A stretch of 43,222 nt of DNA from Actinomycetes bacterium (lineage in GTDB: Bacteria > Actinomycetota > Acidimicrobiia > Acidimicrobiales > Palsa-688). The translations under genes and the position numbers were made by a program. The DNA lies in assembly GCA_021846485.1 (NCBI GenBank), contig JAJZWW010000001.1:1-43222 (forward strand), written 5' to 3'. Shown one piece after another: positions 31,470-39,778 of this stretch (the first letter of the stretch is position 1; each line of letters begins with the position of its first letter). The notes beneath the pieces were generated by a model that saw only the letters and a list, made by a program, of their open reading frames with translations, did not search any database and was not told the origin of the DNA.

Positions 31470-33215
31470 ATGAGCGACCAGGACACCTTCGCTGCCACCC
31501 TCGTCGACGAGTGGGCCCGGGCGGGTCTGACCGACGCAGTCGTCGCTCCCGGCTCGCGCTCCACCCCCCTGCTCGCCGCCTTGGTGGCCCACGGCTGCCT
31601 GCGCCTGCACCGAGTGCTCGACGAGCGCTCCGCCGGCTTCGTGGCCCTCGGCCTCGGTCTCGCCACCGGCCGCCCCGCCCCGGTGGTGGTGACCAGCGGC
31701 ACCGCCGCGGTCGAGCTGCACCCCGCCGTCGTCGAGGCCGACCAGGCCGGCGTGCCGCTCCTCGCGGTCACCGCCGACCGCCCGCCCGAGCTCCACCGGG
31801 TCGGCGCCCCCCAGACGGTCGTCCAGGCCGGGCTCTACGGCGGGTCGGTCCGCTTCGCCGCCGACCCCGGGGTGCCCGACTCGTCGAGCGCCGGCTCCTG
31901 GCGCTCGCTCGCCAGCCGGGTCGTCGCCGAGTCGGTCGGCCACCCCCGGGGTCCGGGACCTGTCCACCTGAACTCGAGCTTCAGGGATCCGCTGCTCGGC
32001 GAGCCCGGCCCCCTCCCCCCGGGCAGGGACGCCGGCCGGCCCTGGCACGCCCTTGTCGGGGCTCGGCGGGCTGCCGCGCCCCCCGAGCTCGTCGAGGAGC
32101 TGGTGGGCGTCGTCGGTGCAGACGGGCTGGTGGTCGCCGGCGGTGGCGCCGGGCCGGCCGCGCTGGTCCTCGCCCGGGCGCTGCGCTGGCCGCTGTTCGC
32201 CGACCCCCGCAGCGGGGCCCGGGTGCCCGACCCGCTGGTCGTGGCCGCCGCCGACGCCTTGCTCCGGGTGCCGGAGGTGGCCGCCTGGCAGCCCAGCTAT
32301 GTGCTGCGCCTCGGGCGCCCGTGGGCGTCGAAGATCCTCGGCCAGTGGCTCGCCGGGCTCCCCGCGAGCACCCGCCAGGTGCTGGTCGACCCGTGCGGGG
32401 CGTGGGCCGACCCGGAGCGGACCGCAACCGCAGTGGTGGCCGCCGACCCTTCGCTGCTCGCCACCGCGGTCGCCGACGCCGCCGGGGACCCGGTGCCGAG
32501 CAGGTGGGCAGCTCGCTGGGCAGCCGCCGAGGCGGCGGCCCAGGGGGCCATCGACGGGCAACTCGCAGCCGAGGCGGGACCGACCGAGGCGGGTGTCGCC
32601 CGCCTGGTGCTGAGCGCAGTCCCACCGGGCGCGTGGGTGGTGGCCTCCTCGTCGATGCCCGTCCGCGACCTCGAGTGCTACGGCGCCTCGCGAGGGGGGG
32701 TGACCGTCGTCGCCAACCGAGGGGCCAACGGGATAGACGGGGTGGTCTCCACCGCCCTCGGGGTCGCTCTGGGCACGGGCGCCCCGAGCGTCGCGCTGGT
32801 CGGTGACCTGGCTTTCCTCTACGACGCCGGAGCCCTTCTCGGAGCTGCGGGCCGACCCGCCCAGCTCACCGTCGTGGTGGTCGACAACGACGGCGGCGGG
32901 ATCTTCTCCTTCCTGCCCCAGGCGACGGCCATCGCGCCGGAGACCTTCGAGCGCTACTGGGGCACGCCTCACGGAGTGGACCTGGTCGGCGTCGCGGCTG
33001 CCTACGGGGTTCCGGCGAGCCGGGCAGCCGACCTCGAAGACCTGCGGCCCCGCCTCGCGGACCCGGTCCCGGGGGTGTCGGTCGTCGTGGTGTCATCGGA
33101 CCGGGCCGCCAACGTCGCCGCCCACGGACGCCTCCTCGCCGCGGTCGCGGACGCGGTGGGAAAGATCTCCGGCGCCGGCGGGGCACCCTGCCACCCACGA
33201 GGAGGGAGTGCCTGA
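31470..33215 (+). CDS. menD: 2-succinyl-5-enolpyruvyl-6-hydroxy-3-cyclohexene-1-carboxylate synthase
   Basis: The ORF is 581 aa. The N-terminus (FAATLVDEWARAGLTDAVVAPGSRSTPL) and the ThDP-binding motif (GDLAFLYD ... VVVVDNDGGGIFSFL) are typical of MenD. Confidence 0.94.
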   Translation: MSDQDTFAATLVDEWARAGLTDAVVAPGSRSTPLLAALVAHGCLRLHRVLDERSAGFVALGLGLATGRPAPVVVTSGTAAVELHPAVVEADQAGVPLLAVTADRPPELHRVGAPQTVVQAGLYGGSVRFAADPGVPDSSSAGSWRSLASRVVAESVGHPRGPGPVHLNSSFRDPLLGEPGPLPPGRDAGRPWHALVGARRAAAPPELVEELVGVVGADGLVVAGGGAGPAALVLARALRWPLFADPRSGARVPDPLVVAAADALLRVPEVAAWQPSYVLRLGRPWASKILGQWLAGLPASTRQVLVDPCGAWADPERTATAVVAADPSLLATAVADAAGDPVPSRWAARWAAAEAAAQGAIDGQLAAEAGPTEAGVARLVLSAVPPGAWVVASSSMPVRDLECYGASRGGVTVVANRGANGIDGVVSTALGVALGTGAPSVALVGDLAFLYDAGALLGAAGRPAQLTVVVVDNDGGGIFSFLPQATAIAPETFERYWGTPHGVDLVGVAAAYGVPASRAADLEDLRPRLADPVPGVSVVVVSSDRAANVAAHGRLLAAVADAVGKISGAGGAPCHPRGGSA

Positions 33216-33458
33216 GGACCGTGACCCGGGTGCACACGGCGGCGCTCAGGCTACGTCTGGGCCGGCTGCAGCGGTCGTGTCCGGCCTCGTGGGGTGCTGC
33301 GGGTAGCCGCGCGGAGGACCACCTTGCCGGGCTGGCCAATCGGCGCTCATGGGACGAGCGCGGGGCTCTTGGTGTGCCGTCGCCTGCTCGCCGGCTGGGA
33401 CGCCCGGTGACAAAGCGCCCCGTCCCGAGAAGCCGCTGGGCATGGGAGCGTCAGGCGC

Positions 33459-34832
33459 TCAGGGGCGGACCACCGCGGCGAGCAGGGCCTGCAGCTTGAG
33501 TTGGGTCTCGGCCAGTTCGGCGTCCGGGTCGGAGCCGGCCACCACCCCCACCCCGGCGTAGAGCTCGGCCCGGGTGCCGTCGACGACCGCCGAGCGGATG
33601 CCGAGCGCCCAGTCCCCGTCGCCGGAGGGGTCGACCCACCCGACCGGACCGGCGTAGGGGCCCCGGTCGAAGCCCTCCACCTCCCGCAGGTAGGCGCAGG
33701 CGGCGTCTGCCGGCGTGCCCGCCACCGCCGGCGTCGGGTGGAGCGCGGCCACCAGCTCGAGCGCCGAGGGCCGGTCCAGGTCCGAGCGGAGCCGTCCGCT
33801 GACGCGGGTCTCCAGGTGCGAGACGTTGCGCAGCTCGAGGACCGAGGGGCGCTCTGGGACGTGCAGCTCCTCGCACCACGGGGCGAGCCTTGCCCGCAGC
33901 TCGTCGATCACGAAGGCGTGCTCGGCCCGGTCCTTGGCCGAGGCCATGAGGCCGTCGACCAGCGACCGGTCGGCGGCGGCCGACCCGCTGCGGGCGACGG
34001 TGCCTGCCAGCGGGTGGCTGGCGACCGCGGGGCCCCGCCGGCGGACCAGCAGCTCAGGGCTGGCGCCGAGGAACTTGCCGACCCGGAACACCATGCAGGT
34101 GGGGTACAAGGCGGCCAGGCGCTCGAGGATCTGGTCGGTGGGCAGGGGCCCGTTGGCGGCCACGTCGACCCTCCGGGCGAGGACCACCTTGCGCAGCCCG
34201 CCGGGCCCTCCGTCCCGGATCCGGGAGACCGCGGCGGCGACCAGCCCGCGCCACTCCTCGTGGGATCGGGCGGAGCGCAGCTCGAAGCCGTCGGGTGCCG
34301 GCTGGCGTGCCGCAGCCCGGCCGGCGGCCCCTCCTCCCGGTGCCGACCCGCCGGCCGCGGCCGCGACCACGTCGGCTGCGAGGCGCTCGGCGCCGGCGGG
34401 GTCGCCGGCGGTGGTCGTCGTCACCCACGCCTGCTCCCCGTCCCAGGTGAGCAGCACGCGGGGCACGACCAGTTCGGCGGGGGCGTGGCGGTCGAAGGGC
34501 AGGGCGCCGAGCGCGACCGGCCCGGGCCGGGGACCACCGCAGCCGCCGTCAGGGCCGTCGGTGGCGCCGGCGGGCTCCCAGTGCAGGCAGGCCAGCGCCT
34601 CGGCGGCTCCCGCGACCGCCTTGCGGTCGGCGAGGCCGGCGGGCAGGGCGAGGCGGAGGGCGACGCCCCTGCCGGCCACCCCGCGACCGCCGGCCATCCA
34701 TACCGGGCCGTCGGTGCCCGCCGCGGCCACCAGGTCCGGCGCTCCGGCGGGCAGTGGGGGCAGCCGGCGGGTGCGGGTGCGCAGGCGGGCCGCCAGCTGC
34801 GCCGCCCGGGTCGGGTCGGCCAGGATCGTCAC
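33459..34832 (-). CDS. menF: isochorismate synthase
   Basis: The chorismate-binding C-terminal domain reads LHPTPAVAGTP ... FDRGPYAGPVGW ... GIRSA ... YAGVGVVAGSDPDAEL.E. The GTG start at 34832 overlaps the menG stop (GTGA). Confidence 0.9.
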   Translation of the reverse strand: MTILADPTRAAQLAARLRTRTRRLPPLPAGAPDLVAAAGTDGPVWMAGGRGVAGRGVALRLALPAGLADRKAVAGAAEALACLHWEPAGATDGPDGGCGGPRPGPVALGALPFDRHAPAELVVPRVLLTWDGEQAWVTTTTAGDPAGAERLAADVVAAAAGGSAPGGGAAGRAAARQPAPDGFELRSARSHEEWRGLVAAAVSRIRDGGPGGLRKVVLARRVDVAANGPLPTDQILERLAALYPTCMVFRVGKFLGASPELLVRRRGPAVASHPLAGTVARSGSAAADRSLVDGLMASAKDRAEHAFVIDELRARLAPWCEELHVPERPSVLELRNVSHLETRVSGRLRSDLDRPSALELVAALHPTPAVAGTPADAACAYLREVEGFDRGPYAGPVGWVDPSGDGDWALGIRSAVVDGTRAELYAGVGVVAGSDPDAELAETQLKLQALLAAVVRP

Positions 34833-35608
34833 GGCCGGTCCCGGGTCGCGCTGAGCAGCTGGGTGATCCCTCCCGAGAGGGCCCGGCGCTCGACGGCGGA
34901 GAAGCCCGCGCCGCGCAGCGCCGCGAGCATCTCGGGGACCGCTGGCAGGTAGGCGACCGAGCGGGGGAGGTAGCGGTAGGAGCCGGCGTCCGACAAGGCC
35001 GCGCCGACGAGGGGCGCGACCTGGCCGAAGTACAGCGCGTGGCCGGCGCGCACCAGCGGGTGGGTCGGGGTGGCCACGTCCAGCAGCCCGACGCGGCCGG
35101 CGGGGCGCACGACCCGGTGCAACTCGGCGAACAGAGTGGGCAGGTCGACGACGTTGCGCAGGGCGAAGCCGCTGACCGCCCCGTCGAACGCAGCGTCGGG
35201 GAAGGGGAGCACCAGGGCGTCGGCGTGCACCAGCGGGGCGGTGGTGCGGGCGTGGCGGAGCATCCCGGCTGACAGGTCGACCCCGATGGGGTGGTGGCCG
35301 GCCTCGGCCAGGTCACGGCACAAGTCGCCGGTGCCACAGGCCACGTCGAGGACTCTCGACCTCCGGTCGAGGTCGAGAGCGCGGACGGCGGCGCGCCGCC
35401 AGCCCCGGTCGAGGCCGAAGGTCATGATCCGGTTGACCAGGTCGTAGTGGGGGGCGATGGTGTCGAACATCGACCGGACCGCGGCACGCTTGGCGTCTCC
35501 CTCGGGGAGCGGTGGACGCCCGGGGGCGTCGGCGGGGGGCATCACTGACGGTTCTACCGGCTCGGGTGGGCCAGCGCCAATACCCATGAGTTGGGTGACA
35601 AGGCCCAC
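34829..35608 (-). CDS. menG: demethylmenaquinone methyltransferase (UbiE/MenG family)
   Basis: The family signature VRSMFDTIAPHYDLVNRIMTFGLDRGWRR and the SAM motif VLDVACGTGD are present. The start is ambiguous, with GTG at 35608, ATG at 35586 and ATG at 35542. Confidence 0.9.
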   Translation of the reverse strand: MGLVTQLMGIGAGPPEPVEPSVMPPADAPGRPPLPEGDAKRAAVRSMFDTIAPHYDLVNRIMTFGLDRGWRRAAVRALDLDRRSRVLDVACGTGDLCRDLAEAGHHPIGVDLSAGMLRHARTTAPLVHADALVLPFPDAAFDGAVSGFALRNVVDLPTLFAELHRVVRPAGRVGLLDVATPTHPLVRAGHALYFGQVAPLVGAALSDAGSYRYLPRSVAYLPAVPEMLAALRGAGFSAVERRALSGGITQLLSATRDRP

Positions 35609-35762
35609 GAGGTCTTCCGCGCTTCTTGCAGCGGACTTTCACAACTCGCCCTTCGCCCGATCCCCCGGCCGGCCCTGATCGCCGACCTCGGCACGGCGTT
35701 CGACACCGCCGCCCGCCTTGGCGCTACGGAGATCTCCAACAGCTACGGGGGCAGTGCTCAGC

Positions 35763-36218
35763 TCACTCGTAGTAGCGGAAGATGAGCTCGGCCACGCAGG
35801 ACGGCTTGGACGCGCCCTCCACCTCGAAGGTGGCGCGCAAGGTGACCTGCGCCCCCCCGGGGATGCGCTGGAGGGAGGCCAGCTCGACACCGGCGCGCAG
35901 GCGCGAGCCGACCGGCACCGGGGATGGGAAGCGCAGCCGGTCGAGCCCGTAGTTGACCCCCATCGAGACGCCCTTCACAGAGAGGATCTCTCCGAGGAAA
36001 GACGGCGCCAGCGACAACGTGAGGTACCCGTGGGCGATCGGCCCACCGAAGGGTCCCGCCTTGGCCCGCTCGACGTCGACGTGGATCCACTGGTGGTCGC
36101 CGGTGGCGTCGGCGAAGCGGTCGACCTGCTCCTGGGTCACCTCGTGCCAGTCGCTGTAGCCGAGGTGCCGGCCGAGGTGGGCCTCCAAGCCGTCGATGCC
36201 GTCGATGGTGGTCGCCAT
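35763..36218 (-). CDS. MaoC-like (R)-specific enoyl-CoA hydratase/dehydratase
   Basis: The ORF is 151 aa. It has the hot-dog fold motif FADATGDHQWIHVDVERAKAGPFGGPIAHGYLTLSL. Confidence 0.87.
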   Translation of the reverse strand: MATTIDGIDGLEAHLGRHLGYSDWHEVTQEQVDRFADATGDHQWIHVDVERAKAGPFGGPIAHGYLTLSLAPSFLGEILSVKGVSMGVNYGLDRLRFPSPVPVGSRLRAGVELASLQRIPGGAQVTLRATFEVEGASKPSCVAELIFRYYE

Positions 36219-36305
36219 GGCCCCGAGGCTACCGGCGCTACCCGCCCGGCCGCCGGCCCGACCCGGCTGTCCGGACCCCTGCCCGACCCGGCCCGAGCTG
36301 AGGGC

Positions 36306-36653
36306 TCAGCGGAACCAGGTCTTGCGGTAGGCAGTGCTCTGGGGGTGGAACAGCAACGCCACCAGGGCGATGTCGAAGACCAGGTTGAGGATGTTGGCGA
36401 AGCTGAAGAGGGCGAGGGCGAGGAGCAAGACGGCCACCGCGACGACCGCGGCCAGCCAGAAGCCCCACTTCTTCTCGTTGGCGATCCCCCAGCCGCCGGC
36501 GATCTCGCCGGCGAGGAACACGAGCCCGATGAGGCCGCCGAGGCTGTGGTAGACGAGCGCCGAGAAGATGGCGAGGGCGGCGTTCAGGTACAGCAGGATC
36601 GTCGCCATGTACAGCGTCTGGGGCTGGGTGCGGTCCAACCACTTGGAGGGCAT
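36306..36653 (-). CDS. small integral membrane protein (115 aa, 3-4 TM helices)
   Basis: An ATG at 36653 lies 8 nt after the rlmN stop. The product MPSKWLDRTQPQTLYMATILLYLNAALAIFSALVYHSLGGLIGLVFLAGEIAGGWGIANEKKWGFWLAAVVAVAVLLLALALF... is strongly hydrophobic. The G+C is slightly lower than in the flanking genes. No family was recognised. Confidence 0.62.
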   Translation of the reverse strand: MPSKWLDRTQPQTLYMATILLYLNAALAIFSALVYHSLGGLIGLVFLAGEIAGGWGIANEKKWGFWLAAVVAVAVLLLALALFSFANILNLVFDIALVALLFHPQSTAYRKTWFR

Positions 36654-36661
36654 GGGAGCAG

Positions 36662-37744
36662 TCAAGCACCTGCGGCCAGGCGGGCCACGCCGGGCCGGGC
36701 CGTCCGGCGGCCGGGGAGCGGCGCCGGCGTCCCGCCGGCACGGGCGGCGAGCTGCCCGCAGGCGGCATTGATGCTGCCGCCCCGGGTGTGTCGCACGGTG
36801 GCGTTGACCCCGCGGGTGGCGAGGCGGTCCCGGAAGCCTCCGACGCGCGCCGGCGGCGATCCCCGTACCGGGTAGCCGGGCGTCGGGTTGAGCGGGATCA
36901 GGTTGACGTGGGCGCCGAGCGGAGCTGCCAGGGCGGCCAGCTCGTCGGCGTCGGCGTTGGTGTCGTTGACCCCGTCGATCATCGCCCACTCGAAGCTGAG
37001 GCGGCGCCGGGTGACCCGCCGGTACTCGCCGCACGCCTCCAGCAGGGCGGCGATCGGGTAGCGGCGGTTGAGCGGCACGAGGCGGTCCCGGAGCCGGTCG
37101 TTGGCCGCGTGCAGGGAGACCGCGAGGGTCACCGGCAGCGCCTCGGCTGCCAGCCGCCGGATCCCCGGCACGACCCCGACGGTCGAGACAGTCAGGTGCC
37201 GGGCGGACAGGCCGAGCTCGCCGTGGAGGCGGGCAAGCGCGGCGGAGACCCGGTCGTAGTTGGCGAGCGGCTCTCCCATGCCCATGAACACCACGTTCGA
37301 CAGCCTCCGGCCCACCCGCCGGGACTCCCGGGCGGCGGCAACGACCTGCTCGACGATCTCGCCGGCGGAGAGGTGGCGGGCGAAGCCCGCCTGACCGGTG
37401 GCGCAGAAGCTGCAGCCCATGGCGCAGCCCGCCTGGCTGGACACACACACGGTGCTGCGGTCCCGGTGGTGCATGAGCACGGTCTCCACCCGCGCCCCGC
37501 CGGGCAGTGACCACAGCCAACAGAGGGTGCTCCCCCCGTCGGCCTCGGAGCGCGACAGCTCGGTCAGCCCCGGCGGCAGGGCCGCCTCCAGGCGGTCGCG
37601 CAGCGCTGGCGGCAGGTCGGTCATCTCCCCCGGCCGCCGGAGCCCCTGGTAGAGGCCCCGCCACACCTGCGAGCAGCGGTAGGGGGGCTGGTCGGCCAGC
37701 AGCAGCGCGAGGGCGTCGCGGTCGAGCTCGTAGGCGCTCGGCAC
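36662..37744 (-). CDS. rlmN: 23S rRNA/tRNA adenine-C2 methyltransferase RlmN (radical SAM)
   Basis: The ORF is 360 aa. Motifs are the radical-SAM CxxxCxxC (SSQAGCAMGCSFCATG), MGMGEPLANY and a C-terminal catalytic Cys context (INAACGQL). Confidence 0.95.
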   Translation of the reverse strand: MPSAYELDRDALALLLADQPPYRCSQVWRGLYQGLRRPGEMTDLPPALRDRLEAALPPGLTELSRSEADGGSTLCWLWSLPGGARVETVLMHHRDRSTVCVSSQAGCAMGCSFCATGQAGFARHLSAGEIVEQVVAAARESRRVGRRLSNVVFMGMGEPLANYDRVSAALARLHGELGLSARHLTVSTVGVVPGIRRLAAEALPVTLAVSLHAANDRLRDRLVPLNRRYPIAALLEACGEYRRVTRRRLSFEWAMIDGVNDTNADADELAALAAPLGAHVNLIPLNPTPGYPVRGSPPARVGGFRDRLATRGVNATVRHTRGGSINAACGQLAARAGGTPAPLPGRRTARPGVARLAAGA

Positions 37745-37764
37745 GCAGCCAGGCTACCCGGGCG

Positions 37765-38703
37765 CTAGCCGCGCCCGATCGGGGGGATGTCACCCACGTA
37801 GGCCTGGTCGACGTGGTTGACGGTGAAGCCGAGGTCGACGTAGAGCTTCACGGCCCGGGTGTTGGTGGCGTCGACGTAGAGCATGCCGGTGCGCAGGCCG
37901 CGGCGGGCGAGGTGGTCGAGGCCGGCGAGGGTGAGCCCCCCGCCGAGGCCCCGGCGGGTGACCGAGGGGTCGACGGCGATCACGTAGATCTCGCCGAGCG
38001 GCGGGTCGTGGTCGGCGTGGACCTTGGTCCAGCAGAACCCGACGATGCGCCCGTCCTGCTCGTGGACGCGGAACCCCTCCGGGTCGAACCACGCGGCGGC
38101 CTCCCGCTCCTTCAGGGTGGCGAGGTCCCATTCGCCCTGCTCGGGGTGCCAGTCGAAGGCCCGGTTGTTGACCTCCAGCCAGCGCTCCTCGTCCTGGCCG
38201 GGCACGAAGGCCCGGGTCTCGGGCAGGGGGCCGGCGAGCAGCTCGGCCTCGATCGGCAGCGGCCGGCGCATCTGGTACAGGGCCCGGCCGGGGCGCAGCC
38301 CGATGGTCGCCGCCGCCCGCTCCGACGCCGGGCCCGAACGGGAGGTCCACAGGTGGACGTGCCCGCCGCCCTGCTCGGCGATCAACCGGCCGGCCTCGGC
38401 GAGCAGTTCGGCTCCCACGGTGTTGCCGGGCAGGCGGTGGTGGGGGTCCACCACGTACTCGATCCCCCAGGAGCCGGCGCCGCGGGTGACCTGGGCGTAG
38501 CCGACCGGGTGGGGGTGGCCGTCCTGGTAGGCGACCAGCCCGCCGAAGCCGCCGCGCCCGCCTTGGACCAGGTCCAGCCAGGCGTGCTCGTCGAGGGGGG
38601 CGTGGTCGTCGGCGACCGCCGCCGCCGCCAGGAGCTGGTTGATCGCCCCGACCTCGCTCGGCGCGAGGCGCTCCTTGCGCTCGATGCGGACCACCCCCGA
38701 CAC
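37765..38703 (-). CDS. mshD: mycothiol synthase (tandem GNAT)
   Basis: The 312-aa ORF has two acetyltransferase halves. WLEVNNRAFDWHPEQGEW and EIYVIAVDPSVTRRGLGGGL match the MshD pattern. Confidence 0.86.
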   Translation of the reverse strand: MSGVVRIERKERLAPSEVGAINQLLAAAAVADDHAPLDEHAWLDLVQGGRGGFGGLVAYQDGHPHPVGYAQVTRGAGSWGIEYVVDPHHRLPGNTVGAELLAEAGRLIAEQGGGHVHLWTSRSGPASERAAATIGLRPGRALYQMRRPLPIEAELLAGPLPETRAFVPGQDEERWLEVNNRAFDWHPEQGEWDLATLKEREAAAWFDPEGFRVHEQDGRIVGFCWTKVHADHDPPLGEIYVIAVDPSVTRRGLGGGLTLAGLDHLARRGLRTGMLYVDATNTRAVKLYVDLGFTVNHVDQAYVGDIPPIGRG

Positions 38704-38729
38704 GGTAGCGGGCGCCGTAGCCTGGCCCG

Positions 38730-39584
38730 GTGCCCACCCCGAGGACCCCCAAGAGCCGGGCCCGGGAGACCGCCGCCCGCCTGGCGGCCGAGTACCCCGG
38801 CGACGCCCGAGCGCTCTGCGAGCTGGACTTCGCCGACCCCTACCGGCTGCTCGTCGCCACCGTGCTGTCCGCGCAGACGACCGACGCCCGGGTCAACTCG
38901 GTGACCCCGGAGCTGTTCGCCCGTTGGCCCGAGCCGGCCGACCTGGCGGCCTCCGACCCCGGCGAGGTCGAGGCGGTCGTCCGCCCCACCGGCTTCTTCC
39001 GCTCCAAGGCGCGCAGCGTCGTCGGGCTGGCCGGCGCGCTGGTGGGGTGCTTCGACGGGCAGGTGCCGAGCAGCGTCGAAGACCTCGTCACCCTCCCCGG
39101 GGTGGGCCGCAAGACCGCCAACGTGGTGCGCAGCGTGGCTCTCGGACTGCCAGGCCTGCCGGTCGACACCCACGTCGGGCGGCTCGCCAGGCTGCTCGGG
39201 CTCACCGCGGAGACCGACCCGGTGAAAGTCGAGCGCGACCTGTGTGCGATGCTGCCCGAGGCCGACTGGGGGGCGTTGAGCCTGAGGATGATCCTCCACG
39301 GCCGGCGGGTGTGCACCGCCCGCAACCCAAGTTGCGAGCGCTGCGTGCTCGCCGACTTCTGCCCCTCGTCGCGCTTGCCGTTCGGGCGGCGCCCCGGGCG
39401 TCACCCGGCCGGCTCGGTTGCCGCCCGGGCGGGCCCGGCTGACCCGGGGCGCAGCGCGCCAGGCGGGGGTCGGGGTCCCGTCGCCGATGGGGGCGGGGCG
39501 CAGCTCCAAAGGGATGCTGCGCCGCGCCGGAGGCGGGGCCCCGGGCGCCCACCGGTCAGCGACGGGGGGCCGGCGGCGTCCTGA
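38730..39584 (+). CDS. nth: endonuclease III
   Basis: The HhH-GPD region reads LVATVLSAQTTD ... LPGVGRKTANVV ... VDTHV. The 4Fe-4S cluster loop is CTARNPSCERCVLADFC. A low-complexity tail of about 75 aa follows the cluster. The start is GTG at 38730. Confidence 0.92.
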   Translation: MPTPRTPKSRARETAARLAAEYPGDARALCELDFADPYRLLVATVLSAQTTDARVNSVTPELFARWPEPADLAASDPGEVEAVVRPTGFFRSKARSVVGLAGALVGCFDGQVPSSVEDLVTLPGVGRKTANVVRSVALGLPGLPVDTHVGRLARLLGLTAETDPVKVERDLCAMLPEADWGALSLRMILHGRRVCTARNPSCERCVLADFCPSSRLPFGRRPGRHPAGSVAARAGPADPGRSAPGGGRGPVADGGGAQLQRDAAPRRRRGPGRPPVSDGGPAAS

Positions 39585-39756
39585 CCAGCTTGGACAGGCG
39601 CCTACGGGCCACGTCGAGGGTGCGCTCCACCTCGGCCAGGTCGGTCTCCAGGGCGACGCGCTCGGGACCCTCCAGCCCTCCGATCAGGCCGCGGAGGCGG
39701 GCGGTGAGGTCGTCGAGGGCGGTGGACAGCGAGCTCAGCTCTGCGAGGGCGGCCAT
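39556..39756 (-). CDS. small coiled-coil-like hypothetical protein (66-74 aa)
   Basis: The product is MAALAELSSLSTALDDLTARLRGLIGGLEGPERVALETDLAEVERTLDVARRRLSKLVRTPPAPRR. Third-position G/C is high and heptad-like Leu spacing is visible. An alternative ATG is at 39780. No SD was seen and no family was recognised. Confidence 0.4.
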   Translation of the reverse strand: MAALAELSSLSTALDDLTARLRGLIGGLEGPERVALETDLAEVERTLDVARRRLSKLVRTPPAPRR

Positions 39757-39778
39757 GGGAGTGCCATTGTTGTCCACC

